From assembly GCA_038065615.1 (NCBI GenBank), contig JBBTQQ010000007.1:12473-76472 (forward strand): a stretch of 64,000 bases of DNA. The letters are read 5' to 3'. Below the pieces are notes generated by a model that was not told the DNA's origin, did not search any database, and saw only the letters and a program-made list of their open reading frames with translations. Shown in pieces: positions 29,216-37,662 of this stretch. The DNA is from Patescibacteria group bacterium. Lineage in GTDB: Bacteria; Patescibacteriota; Doudnabacteria; UBA920; VMFF01. The translations under genes were made by a program, and so were the position numbers. Within the stretch, counting starts at the first letter, position 1; every line of letters starts with the position of its first letter.

Positions 29216-29508
29216 TGCCTCGGTAGCTCAGTGGTAGAGCGCAGCCCTAAAAATCTTTGGGGCCATGAGTAGTAATATTCATTGAGAAAAATTGGGTGAA
29301 TTCGGGGAAAACCGTTTATTAAGTTAAGCGACAATCCCGAGCCAAGCCAAGAAGGGTTTAAGTTTCTTGGAAGGTGTAGAGACTAGCAAGTGAGTCCCAA
29401 CAATAATCTTGCACTAGCGCCCAACTCCTCTTTTAGAGGATGATGAGATAGTCCAAATAGCCTTGGAAGAGGCTGGCGTCGTCAGTTCGATTCTGACCCG
29501 AGGCACCA
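29216..29508 (+). tRNA. tRNA-Phe (anticodon GAA) interrupted by a group I intron in the anticodon loop
   Basis: The 5' exon GCCTCGG/TA/GCTCAGTGGTAGAGC/G/CAGCC/CU ends at 29247. The 3' exon GAAGA/GGCTG/GCGTC/GTCAG-TTCGATT-CTGAC/CCGAGGC/A/CCA starts at 29466. Together they fold into a canonical cloverleaf. The Phe assignment depends on splice-site placement. Confidence 0.7.
29248..29465 (+). ncRNA. Group I self-splicing intron (~218 nt) in the tRNA anticodon loop
   Basis: P1 is exon ..GCCCU paired with intron GGGGC (U.G at the splice site). P10 is intron UCUUU paired with 3' exon GAAGA. The intron ends in G. Core segments CAATCCCGAGCCAAGCCAAG and GGAAGGTGTAGAGACTAGC resemble the cyanobacterial tRNA-Leu group I intron core, as recalled from memory. 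Confidence 0.7.
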
Positions 29509-29557
29509 TAAATAACTTGTTCTTTTAAAACTGAACGGTCCGTGCTATGCTTATAGC

Positions 29558-30253
29558 ATGAGAAAAGAAAAAGAGAAGGCTTTTAAATTGCGATTGGCTG
29601 GTAACAGCTACGCAGAAATAACGAAAAAGTTAAATGTGCCAAAAAGTACACTATCTTTTTGGTTCTCTGAAATGCCATTGTCTGAAAAAGCCAGGAAGCG
29701 AATAAGTTTAAGAGTGCAAGCAGGTTCTTTTAAGGGTTTGCTGAAAAGAAACCAATTACAAACACATTTAGCGAGACAGAGGGCAAAGGAAACAAGATCA
29801 GTTTCAAAATTGGATGTTGGAACATTAAGTAAACGAGAGCTTTTTATCTTGGGGGTGGGTTTGTATTGGGCCGAGGGCTACAAACGTCAAATATACAAAG
29901 ATGGTAAGGCAAAAACCTACCACCCTGTAAGTTTAAGTAATTCTGATCCAAACCTTGTTAAAATCTTTTTAAGATTTTTGCGAGAAGTATGTGGTGCATC
30001 TTCAGAGAAGATAACAGCACATTTAAGGATATATGAACATCAGAATGAGAAGGAGCTCTTAAAATTCTGGAGCCAGGTGACTAAAATTGCGCCAAGCAGG
30101 TTTTCTAAATTTTATTATGGCGTTAGCAAATCAAGTCAACACAAAAGACCTTTTAATATCTTGCCGTACGGAACAATTCAGATTAGAATAAATGATACTA
30201 AACTTTACCATCAAATTATGGGATGGATTGAAGGTTTAGAAGAGCAAAAATAA
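29558..30253 (+). CDS. HTH + single-motif LAGLIDADG-like putative homing endonuclease
   Basis: N-terminal HTH (NSYAEITKKLNVPKSTLSFW). A LAGLIDADG-like motif (FILGVGLYWAEGYK, compare GLWIGDG of PI-SceI) lies ~100 aa in. It starts 50 nt after the intron-containing tRNA. Confidence 0.5.
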   Translation: MRKEKEKAFKLRLAGNSYAEITKKLNVPKSTLSFWFSEMPLSEKARKRISLRVQAGSFKGLLKRNQLQTHLARQRAKETRSVSKLDVGTLSKRELFILGVGLYWAEGYKRQIYKDGKAKTYHPVSLSNSDPNLVKIFLRFLREVCGASSEKITAHLRIYEHQNEKELLKFWSQVTKIAPSRFSKFYYGVSKSSQHKRPFNILPYGTIQIRINDTKLYHQIMGWIEGLEEQK

Positions 30254-30258
30254 TTTAA

Positions 30259-30332
30259 GCGGCTATGGTTCAATGGTAGAACTCTTCCTTGCCAAGGAAG
30301 TGACACGGGTTCGATTCCCGTTAGCCGCTCCA
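30259..30332 (+). tRNA. tRNA-Gly (anticodon GCC)
   Basis: GCGGCTA/TG/GTTC..; anticodon loop TTGCCAA; ends TCCA. Confidence 0.75.
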
Positions 30333-30368
30333 AAAAAGAACCCCACTTTTTAGTGGGGTTCTTTTTAT
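30333..30368. terminator. Bidirectional terminator
   Basis: AAAAAAGAACCCCACTTTTTAGTGGGGTTCTTTTTATTT. Confidence 0.7.
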
Positions 30369-31330
30369 TTCTCGTCTATTCTCCAGCTTCCGTCTTGTTG
30401 TTTTATTATCTTTCCTGGTATTTCAAAACCTGATGCTAGTTTGTGTCCCCCGCCTCCGAAAAGATTTGCAAGGAAAGAAACATCCATGTTTTTGTTTTCT
30501 TCGCTTCTTAAGCTTCCTTTTACTTGGTTGTCGTCTTGTCTAAGGAAGAGCGCGAATTTAATTCCCGGTATTTTGTTTAGTGTTTCAACGAATCCTTCAA
30601 AAGTATCATTTGATACTTCTCCAAGTTGATCTAAGTCTTCTTGTGTTACAACGCTTATCGCAACCTTGTCATCATTTAGTAGTCTTGTGTTTTCAATTGC
30701 TTTAGCCCAGGCTTTTAGAGAGTTTAAGTCTTTGCTTTGATATGTTGATTCATATATTTTGTCGATTCTTGCTCCATATTTCATTAACTCACCAGCAGCA
30801 ATCAAGGTTGAAGGCTGAGTGTTTGAATGCATGAAAGAACCTGTGTCTGTAAACATTCCGGTTAAAAGACATTTTGCAATATCACTGTTGAATTTGATGT
30901 CTAGGTATTTGAAAAAGTCATAAACTAATTCTGCGACTGAAGATTTTTGCGCGTCTACTAAATTAACTGTTCCATACATTTGATTGTCTGGGTGGTGATC
31001 AATGTTTAGTATTGGTAGGGTTGAGTTAATTATGGCATCGAAGCCAGCTCTTGTTTTTTTACCACATCCGAAAAGGATTATTCCGTCATAGAATTCGTTT
31101 GTTACTGGATTTGGGAGTTCTGAAAGGATTAAGTTTTGTCTTGGAAGAAATTGAAGTCCTGAAGGAACTCCGCCATCTGCAACTAGTGTTGCTTGTTTGT
31201 TCATTGATTCTAAGACAACAGACATTGCAAGCATTGAACCTCCGTCATCTCCGTCTGTTCTTGCGTGAGATGCCATTAGGAAACGATTTTTGTCTGTTAT
31301 GAATTTTTTTGCTTGTTCAAAGTTATTCAT
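30365..31330 (-). CDS. nrnA: DHH/DHHA1 phosphoesterase NrnA-like (oligoribonuclease/pAp phosphatase)
   Basis: DHH motif region (ASHARTDGDDGGS) and DHHA1 GGGGH motif. The track ORF extends to 31387; the internal Met (MNNFEQAKKF) is the likelier start. Confidence 0.75.
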   Translation of the reverse strand: MNNFEQAKKFITDKNRFLMASHARTDGDDGGSMLAMSVVLESMNKQATLVADGGVPSGLQFLPRQNLILSELPNPVTNEFYDGIILFGCGKKTRAGFDAIINSTLPILNIDHHPDNQMYGTVNLVDAQKSSVAELVYDFFKYLDIKFNSDIAKCLLTGMFTDTGSFMHSNTQPSTLIAAGELMKYGARIDKIYESTYQSKDLNSLKAWAKAIENTRLLNDDKVAISVVTQEDLDQLGEVSNDTFEGFVETLNKIPGIKFALFLRQDDNQVKGSLRSEENKNMDVSFLANLFGGGGHKLASGFEIPGKIIKQQDGSWRIDEK

Positions 31331-31694
31331 TGGTTTCTTCTCTTTCTTTTTCAATCTCGTGGAAGATGTTGCTGATGTGTTCTGCATATCTTGCGCTTGT
31401 GTCTAGATGAAATGATATTCTAGGGACAATCTTAGTTTCAACGTGTCTGTTTAGTTCACCTTGTATATCGTAAAGATTTTTCTTTAGTAGTTCTAATATA
31501 TGTTTATCGTTTCCATTTATTATTGTGATCCATATTTTTGCCCAGCGCATATCTCTGGAAGTCTGAACTTTTGATATTGTGACTATGCTTTTGCTGTTTT
31601 TAAAGTAAGGTAAAAGTATTACTCCTAATAATCTTTGGATTAAGGAGTTTATCTTTTCTATACGGTTAGTCTTTTTTTTGGGTGGGAATTGCAT
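31323..31694 (-). CDS. rbfA: Ribosome-binding factor A
   Basis: 123 aa in the conserved position downstream of infB, with RbfA-like KH-fold sequence. Confidence 0.75.
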   Translation of the reverse strand: MQFPPKKKTNRIEKINSLIQRLLGVILLPYFKNSKSIVTISKVQTSRDMRWAKIWITIINGNDKHILELLKKNLYDIQGELNRHVETKIVPRISFHLDTSARYAEHISNIFHEIEKEREETNE

Positions 31695-31722
31695 GGGTTT
31701 TTAAAAGTCCTGCAAGCAGGAC

Positions 31723-33663
31723 TTATTTATTAGAAATGAATTCTTTTGCTTTGAGTTTTTCTTCGAAGGACTCAATGACATCTCCTTCAACGATCTTTGT
31801 TCCGGAGAGTTTAACCTTCATCCCGAATTCATCCCCGCTATTTACTTCTTTCGCGGCTGTTTTGCTCTGTTGTAACTCAAGGATTTCACCACGTCCTGCT
31901 TCTTCCCCGTTTCTTATGACTGCGATTTCTCCTGATTTTTTAAGCATGCCTTGTTCAACACGGCCTCCAACTATCATAGTGTTTTTTTCTGTCATGAAGA
32001 CTTTGAGAATCTTTGCTTTTCCAAATGTTGTTTTTATTAATTCAGGAGAAAGCATTTTAACAACAGCAGTTGTTACGTTTTCAATTAATTCATAGATGAT
32101 ATCGTACATATCAATGGTTACTTTTTGTTGTTTTGCAAGACCAAGCGCTTTGCTGTTTGCTTTGGTGTTAAAACCAATGATTGTTGCTTTTGATGTTGAT
32201 GCTAATGTAACGTCGTTTTCGTTTATTTCCCCAGCTCCTTCTGCAATGACGTTTAGTGTTACTTCGTCGTTTTTAAGTTTGTCTAACGATTGTTTGATTG
32301 CTTCTAAAGAACCCAAGACATCTGTTTTTATAATTAGGTTTAAGGTTTTGCTTCCTGCTTCCACTTTTATTCTCTGGTTTTGAGTTATTCTTCTAACTCT
32401 TTCTTTTCTTTGAATTTGGTAAGCAATTTGTTTTGCTTCTTCTAGTGTTTCTCTTGTTGAAAGAATGTCTCCGGTTTGAGGAACATCTGAAAGCCCTGAA
32501 ATCTGAACAGGAGTTGAAGGTAATACTTCTTTGATCTTTTTGCCGTGCTCGTCTTCTAATGCCCTTACTCTTCCGAAAGTTCCACCAATTGTGACAATGT
32601 CCCCTATCTTTAGTTGTCCGTTTTGAATGATGACTGTTGCAACAGGTCCTTTTCCTTGTGAAAGGTGTGATTCAATAACTGTGCCCAGGGTTTTTCCATT
32701 TGGGTTTGCTCTGAAGTTTTCAACTTCAGCGGTTAGCAAAACCATTTCTAAGAGTTCATCAATTCCTTGGCCTGTTTTTGCAGAGATTGGTACTGCGATT
32801 GTTTTACCACCCCAGTCTTCAGTTAAAACACCGTGCTCAGCTAGCTCTTGTTTAGCTCGCATTATGTTTGCCCCCTCTTTATCAATCTTGTTGATAGCAA
32901 CAATTAAAGGAGTGTTTGTGAATTTTGCTCTGTTTATGACTTCAATGGTTTGAGGTTTAACTCCGTCATCAGCCGCTATTACTAAGATGATGATATCTGT
33001 AACGTTTGCTCCTCTAGCACGCATTTCTGAGAAGGCTTCGTGTCCTGGAGTATCTAGTATTGTTATTGGTTTGTTGTTTTTTTTAACTTGATACGCACCA
33101 ATATGCTGTGTGATTGCTCCTGCCTCTCCTGCGACAACGTCAGTTTTTCTTATGTAGTCAATTAAAGAAGTTTTACCATGGTCAACGTGTCCCATGATTG
33201 CAATGATTGGTGCTCTTGGTTTTAATGACGCTTCGTCTTCTTTTTTTAGCATGTCAGCAAGAGAACTTGCTCCTAGGTCAGCATCAGTTTGAGTTTTTTC
33301 TTCTTCAGGATTGAATCCAAGTTCTTCTGCAACGATTGCTGCTGTGTCGTAATCTATCTCTTCATTGATGTTTGCCATGACTCCGTTTTTTAGTAGGGCT
33401 TTTATTACTTCTTGAACAGACAAACCCAAAAGATCAACGTAGTCTTTTACTTTGATGAATGTCGGTAGTTTTATATCTTTCCTTACTTTGGGAGTTGTAT
33501 CAACTATTTTCTGTTTTGGAAGTAGTGCATCTAAGATTTGTCGAGCTAAGTAGTTGTCTATTTTTCTTGCTCTTGGAGACAATCTAATACCTGCTTCGGC
33601 AACTTTTTGGCGAAGCTCTTTTTCTTTCAGATTTAGTTGTTGTGAGATTGAACTTAAATCCAT
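31723..33663 (-). CDS. infB: Translation initiation factor IF-2
   Basis: GTPase motifs (GHVDHGKTSL, DTPGH, NKID) and a C-terminal beta-barrel domain. Confidence 0.95.
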   Translation of the reverse strand: MDLSSISQQLNLKEKELRQKVAEAGIRLSPRARKIDNYLARQILDALLPKQKIVDTTPKVRKDIKLPTFIKVKDYVDLLGLSVQEVIKALLKNGVMANINEEIDYDTAAIVAEELGFNPEEEKTQTDADLGASSLADMLKKEDEASLKPRAPIIAIMGHVDHGKTSLIDYIRKTDVVAGEAGAITQHIGAYQVKKNNKPITILDTPGHEAFSEMRARGANVTDIIILVIAADDGVKPQTIEVINRAKFTNTPLIVAINKIDKEGANIMRAKQELAEHGVLTEDWGGKTIAVPISAKTGQGIDELLEMVLLTAEVENFRANPNGKTLGTVIESHLSQGKGPVATVIIQNGQLKIGDIVTIGGTFGRVRALEDEHGKKIKEVLPSTPVQISGLSDVPQTGDILSTRETLEEAKQIAYQIQRKERVRRITQNQRIKVEAGSKTLNLIIKTDVLGSLEAIKQSLDKLKNDEVTLNVIAEGAGEINENDVTLASTSKATIIGFNTKANSKALGLAKQQKVTIDMYDIIYELIENVTTAVVKMLSPELIKTTFGKAKILKVFMTEKNTMIVGGRVEQGMLKKSGEIAVIRNGEEAGRGEILELQQSKTAAKEVNSGDEFGMKVKLSGTKIVEGDVIESFEEKLKAKEFISNK

Positions 33664-33795
33664 AACTTGTGTAGTATACGGATTTTCTGAGGAAAAATCA
33701 AGTTCGCGATATTTAAGATGCTCTTTTGAAGGAGGATGAAAACTTTGGTATGTTCAGAAATTTTGCTCAAAAACAAAAGACGACATTTTTGTATA

Positions 33796-34641
33796 TTAAA
33801 ACGTTCTGTTTTTGCCAACAATCATTCTTAGTTTTTGTGCAGTAATTGTAACTCCAGATGGAATTCTTGCGACTTCATTTCCGTCCACCGTTATTTTGTA
33901 TCCTTTTGGTTCTAAGAATTCAATCTGTTGGCAGCGGATTGCGGTTGCTCCTGGAATTTTTTCGTAGCACCCGCTTTCTATTTCTTGTTTGTATCTTGCT
34001 GCTGTGAATCTTGATAGTTTTTCTATCATCACAATATCTAAATTACCATCTTGTGGGTTTCCTATTGGACCACCAGCGCACATTTCTGTTCCCCTTGTGT
34101 TTATAATCAGAGCCCCCATTATCTTTGAGCTTATGTTGTATGAATCATCTATGCGCATTTTTAAGTCTATAGTGCTTCCCGCGAATAGTCTCATTGAAGC
34201 CATGAATCCCATTGGTTTGTTTGTTTGTTCCCCTACTCCTAATTCGAGATAGCTTAGGAAGTAACTGTCATTAATTTTTGCTAGATCTAGTTTTTCTATA
34301 CGTCTGCTGGCAATTGTTTTAACGCAGGTATGAAGATCTGTCATTCCTAGAATTCTTCCTAGTTGTGTATCTTTTGAAAAAGGAATGAAACCCAAAGTAA
34401 AATCACGATCCTTGGTTGCGACAAGCATCTGGCTAAATGTTTCATCTGTTCCGCAAGCAACAAGAGTCTTTACTCCTCGACTTGCTGCAGTATCAACTAA
34501 ATCTTGCATTAAACGTAGTGGAGTGATTCTCGCCATTTCACCACTGACATTGAATTCTGTTAGTAAGCTTTGTAGTTCAGCTTGTTGACGTTCAAAGTTT
34601 TTTTGCGGAATGTTATGTGGATCAAGAATGTAATAGTACAT
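33796..34641 (-). CDS. Diacylglycerol kinase catalytic-domain (DAGK_cat/YegS-like) lipid kinase
   Basis: GGDGT-like VACGTDETF segment and the overall NAD-kinase/DAGK fold pattern. Confidence 0.55.
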   Translation of the reverse strand: MYYYILDPHNIPQKNFERQQAELQSLLTEFNVSGEMARITPLRLMQDLVDTAASRGVKTLVACGTDETFSQMLVATKDRDFTLGFIPFSKDTQLGRILGMTDLHTCVKTIASRRIEKLDLAKINDSYFLSYLELGVGEQTNKPMGFMASMRLFAGSTIDLKMRIDDSYNISSKIMGALIINTRGTEMCAGGPIGNPQDGNLDIVMIEKLSRFTAARYKQEIESGCYEKIPGATAIRCQQIEFLEPKGYKITVDGNEVARIPSGVTITAQKLRMIVGKNRTF

Positions 34642-34656
34642 CTAGTTAACAGTCCG

Positions 34657-35046
34657 TTATTTTTTCTTTGTTGCGTTCTCCTCGATTGGTTCAATGATGC
34701 CGCCGTTAGCGTCTTTCATTGTGCATTTACCTGCAAAGTAAGCGCCTTCTTCTACTTGTAGTGTTCCGCAGGACATATCTCCTACTAAACGACCGGTTTT
34801 ACCTAATACCAAAGCTCCTGAAACCTTAACGTTTCCTTGGACAACCCCTGATATTATTGCGTTTTCTGCTTCTACATCAGCAGAGATTTTTGCACTTTCT
34901 CCGACAAAAAGGTTTTGGGAAGTTTTTACTTTTCCAGTAACAGTTCCGTCGATTCTTAGGTTGCCCTGGCTTTTTAAGTCTCCATCAATCTTCACTGATG
35001 GTCCGACTATGCTCTCTCCGTTTTGTAATCCTTCTTTTTTATCCAT
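34657..35046 (-). CDS. Bactofilin
   Basis: Repetitive beta-helix signature (GxVxGxV repeats, e.g. GDLKSQGNLRIDGTVTGKV). Confidence 0.75.
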   Translation of the reverse strand: MDKKEGLQNGESIVGPSVKIDGDLKSQGNLRIDGTVTGKVKTSQNLFVGESAKISADVEAENAIISGVVQGNVKVSGALVLGKTGRLVGDMSCGTLQVEEGAYFAGKCTMKDANGGIIEPIEENATKKK

Positions 35047-35053
35047 ATGTTTT

Positions 35054-35560
35054 CTAGTTAATTATTTTGGATTCTTTTATTGCTTGTTCTTCTTCTTTTG
35101 TGAGCGTAAACTCACTTTTGCTTTTTATTATTGGTTTTGCGTAAATTCTGTTTGCTTCTCTGCCGTGCATTGAGGTTATCACAACTCCATTGTTGTGATC
35201 ATCAAGCAGTGCCATTGAAAAGCTTAGGTTGCCTCCGTCATCAGCAAAAGGGTTGTACCTTACCATTCCAATTTTTTGGATTGAGTATTTTTGCTGTTTA
35301 CGTAAGTCAGCAATTGCTTCCTCTAGTATGTCACTTTGTTTTGTCAGCTCATTTATTTTCTTACTCTGAGCAATTATGAACTGCTCAAGGTTCGAAGCTT
35401 CTTTGCCTGTAAAAAAAGCTTTTGCAGTTTTTCTGAAACGCAAAAGCATAACAATAGCAAATATTGCTGCGATTAAACTTCCCCCAGCGACAATGAGGCT
35501 TACTAGCTCCAAATTATTCATAGGCAAAGTCATAATACAATGAATATGCTCTTGCCGCAA
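35054..35560 (-). CDS. DUF4446-family membrane-anchored protein
   Basis: N-terminal TM and conserved C-terminal block GMVRYNPFADDGGNLSFSMALLD..GVVITSMHGREANRIYAK. Confidence 0.6.
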   Translation of the reverse strand: MRQEHIHCIMTLPMNNLELVSLIVAGGSLIAAIFAIVMLLRFRKTAKAFFTGKEASNLEQFIIAQSKKINELTKQSDILEEAIADLRKQQKYSIQKIGMVRYNPFADDGGNLSFSMALLDDHNNGVVITSMHGREANRIYAKPIIKSKSEFTLTKEEEQAIKESKIIN

Positions 35561-35748
35561 ACCCAGTCCCCCGTGCTATACTTTATGCATATGCAAGAAC
35601 AAGAATACGAATTAATAAAAAAAGATTTGTACAAAGTGTTGATTTTGAATGCTTTGTATTTAGGCGCTATTTTGGTTCTGTATTTTACAGACCAAAAAAC
35701 TCATTATCTGCAAAACTGGTTTGCTAAAATTTTGCACTTCTAGTTTTT

Positions 35749-37011
35749 ATGGGAGTTGTAAAAGAAATTAAATGCCAGGATTGCGGGCCAGTACCAATTC
35801 ATCATGGTCTTTCTAAGGCCATTTTGATTATTGACTGGTTTTCAACACCATTTAACAAGTTTTCAATTGGATTAACTCGTTTAATCTCAAAGGTTTTTAA
35901 TGGTTTTGGGATTGATGATATTGGGTATATTTTTTGGTTGTTAAGTAAAGTTGGCTTAGCAAAGGTTAAGTATGAGCCGGATGATTTGAATTCTGACCGG
36001 GCAAAGTGTATTTGGGAGGCTGCAAACAAAAGAGGTATTAAGGTTAAAGAAATACGGGCTTTTGGAAGAACTTTAGAACTTTTTGTTGCTGAATATGATG
36101 GTAAAAAGCTTCTCTTTGAAGCATTGCCAAGGTCAAAGGGTCCTCGTTCTAAAGGGTATTATTGGATGGACAACAAGGCAAAAATGAGAACTGAGTTTAT
36201 GAAAGCTGGGATTCCGGTTGCTTTTGGAGATGTTGCTTTTACATTTAAAGGAGCAAAAAAAGTTTTAGATCGCGTTAAGTCTTTGCATGACGAAGCGCTT
36301 GTTTCAGGAAAACCATCTGGCAGTGGTTTTGTTATTACTAAGCCACATATTGGTTCTAGAAGCAGACATACAAATATTCACTTATTAACTGATCAGGAAT
36401 TAATGAGAGGATTTAAGATTGCAAAAAAACTCTCCCCTTTTGTTATTGTAGAGCAAGAGTTAAGTGGTATGGTTCATCGAGCGGCTGTTTTAGGAGGAAA
36501 GCTGGTTGCTGTTTTGCGTCGTGAACCACCGTATGTAATTGGAGATGGAGTTAGAAATGTTAAAGAGTTGATTGAGGAAGAAAACAGGAATCCAAAAAGA
36601 CAAGGTCCATATTTCCATCAAATTCCAATTGACGAACAAACAGAAGCAGAGCTTGCTCGTTTAGGTTTGTCTTATACAACCATTCCTGCTTCAGGAGATA
36701 TGGTCATTGTTAGAAACAATATTGGTAGAAGTTCAGGTGGGTCTAATTCTGATGTTACTGATTTAGTGCATCCTGACAACAAAGTTTTGTTTGAAAAGGT
36801 TGCTGTAGTAATTGGAGACTCCATCATTGGTATTGATTTTATAATCGAAGACATATCAAAGTCATGGAAAGAACAATATCCTTGCGGAGTTATTGAGTGT
36901 AACAGCGTGCCGTTTTTAGATTTGCATCACTTCCCTCTTCGAGGAAATGTTGTTGATACGTCTGGTGCTTTGTGGGATATTGTTTGGCCAGAAGCTAAAG
37001 TAGTTCTTTAG
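35749..37011 (+). CDS. Cyanophycin synthetase N-terminal-half-like ATP-grasp ligase (no Mur-ligase domain)
   Basis: RREPPYVIGDGVRNVKELIEEEN...SGGSNSDVTDLVHPDN...IGIDFI...IECNSVP closely matches the CphA ATP-grasp (G-domain) consensus blocks, from memory. The ORF ends after the ATP-grasp domain. Confidence 0.6.
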   Translation: MGVVKEIKCQDCGPVPIHHGLSKAILIIDWFSTPFNKFSIGLTRLISKVFNGFGIDDIGYIFWLLSKVGLAKVKYEPDDLNSDRAKCIWEAANKRGIKVKEIRAFGRTLELFVAEYDGKKLLFEALPRSKGPRSKGYYWMDNKAKMRTEFMKAGIPVAFGDVAFTFKGAKKVLDRVKSLHDEALVSGKPSGSGFVITKPHIGSRSRHTNIHLLTDQELMRGFKIAKKLSPFVIVEQELSGMVHRAAVLGGKLVAVLRREPPYVIGDGVRNVKELIEEENRNPKRQGPYFHQIPIDEQTEAELARLGLSYTTIPASGDMVIVRNNIGRSSGGSNSDVTDLVHPDNKVLFEKVAVVIGDSIIGIDFIIEDISKSWKEQYPCGVIECNSVPFLDLHHFPLRGNVVDTSGALWDIVWPEAKVVL

Positions 37012-37583
37012 TTGTTGAAACTTTTTTCAAAGGTTTCAGGATCAATGTATAGTTTTGTTTTTATGCCCAGGTTTACAGCAACTTGGGTGTTTTCAATTTC
37101 ATCGTCCCAGAATTCAATGTTTTCTGGTTCTATGTTTAACTTTTTTATTATTTCTTCAAAGAATTCTTGCTCTGCTTTTACATATCCAAGATCACAAGAG
37201 AAAAACATTCCATCGAAATGACCTTGTAATACGTCTGTGATGTATTTTGCTCTGTATTTTTCTTGATCAGCGGTCAGATAGCATTTGAAGCCCTTTTTGC
37301 GTAAATGATCAATGATATCAAGGATTTTTGTGTTTTTAATTACATCTGATGTAAACCAAAGGTTGAGGAAATCTTCGACAGTCCCATCCCATTTCCATTT
37401 CGGTAAGTATGGTTTTAATTGTTCTTTGAGATCAGCTTTCCCTGTTCGGCAGATTCTAAAATCATTGATGAAGAATTCTGTAATATTTTTTAAAGGCACT
37501 CCGTATTTTTCAGAGTACATTTCACTGAAGTATTTTGGTCTTGTTATTACAAGACCGTCTGCGTCAATTAAAAGTGTTTTCAT
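37008..37583 (-). CDS. HAD-superfamily hydrolase
   Basis: N-terminal DxD motif (LLIDADGLV) and HAD motif III near the C-terminus. Confidence 0.65.
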   Translation of the reverse strand: MKTLLIDADGLVITRPKYFSEMYSEKYGVPLKNITEFFINDFRICRTGKADLKEQLKPYLPKWKWDGTVEDFLNLWFTSDVIKNTKILDIIDHLRKKGFKCYLTADQEKYRAKYITDVLQGHFDGMFFSCDLGYVKAEQEFFEEIIKKLNIEPENIEFWDDEIENTQVAVNLGIKTKLYIDPETFEKSFNN

Positions 37584-37588
37584 ATATT

Positions 37589-37662
37589 TGGTGGACCTAG
37601 GCGGAATTGAACCGCCGTCTGAGCAATGCGAATGCCCTGTTCTACCACTGAACCATAGGCCC
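37589..37662 (-). tRNA. tRNA-Ala (anticodon CGC)
   Basis: GGGCCTA acceptor with a G3.U70 Ala identity pair and anticodon loop TTCGCAT. CCA is encoded. Confidence 0.7.

Noticed and set aside
31323-31387. 65-nt overlap between nrnA (track start 31387) and rbfA
   Set aside because: The overlap is probably a start-site artefact, since an internal Met 19 codons downstream gives the typical NrnA N-terminus and an 8-nt overlap. My manual indexing around 31320-31390 disagreed with the ORF track by 1 nt, so the track coordinates were kept.
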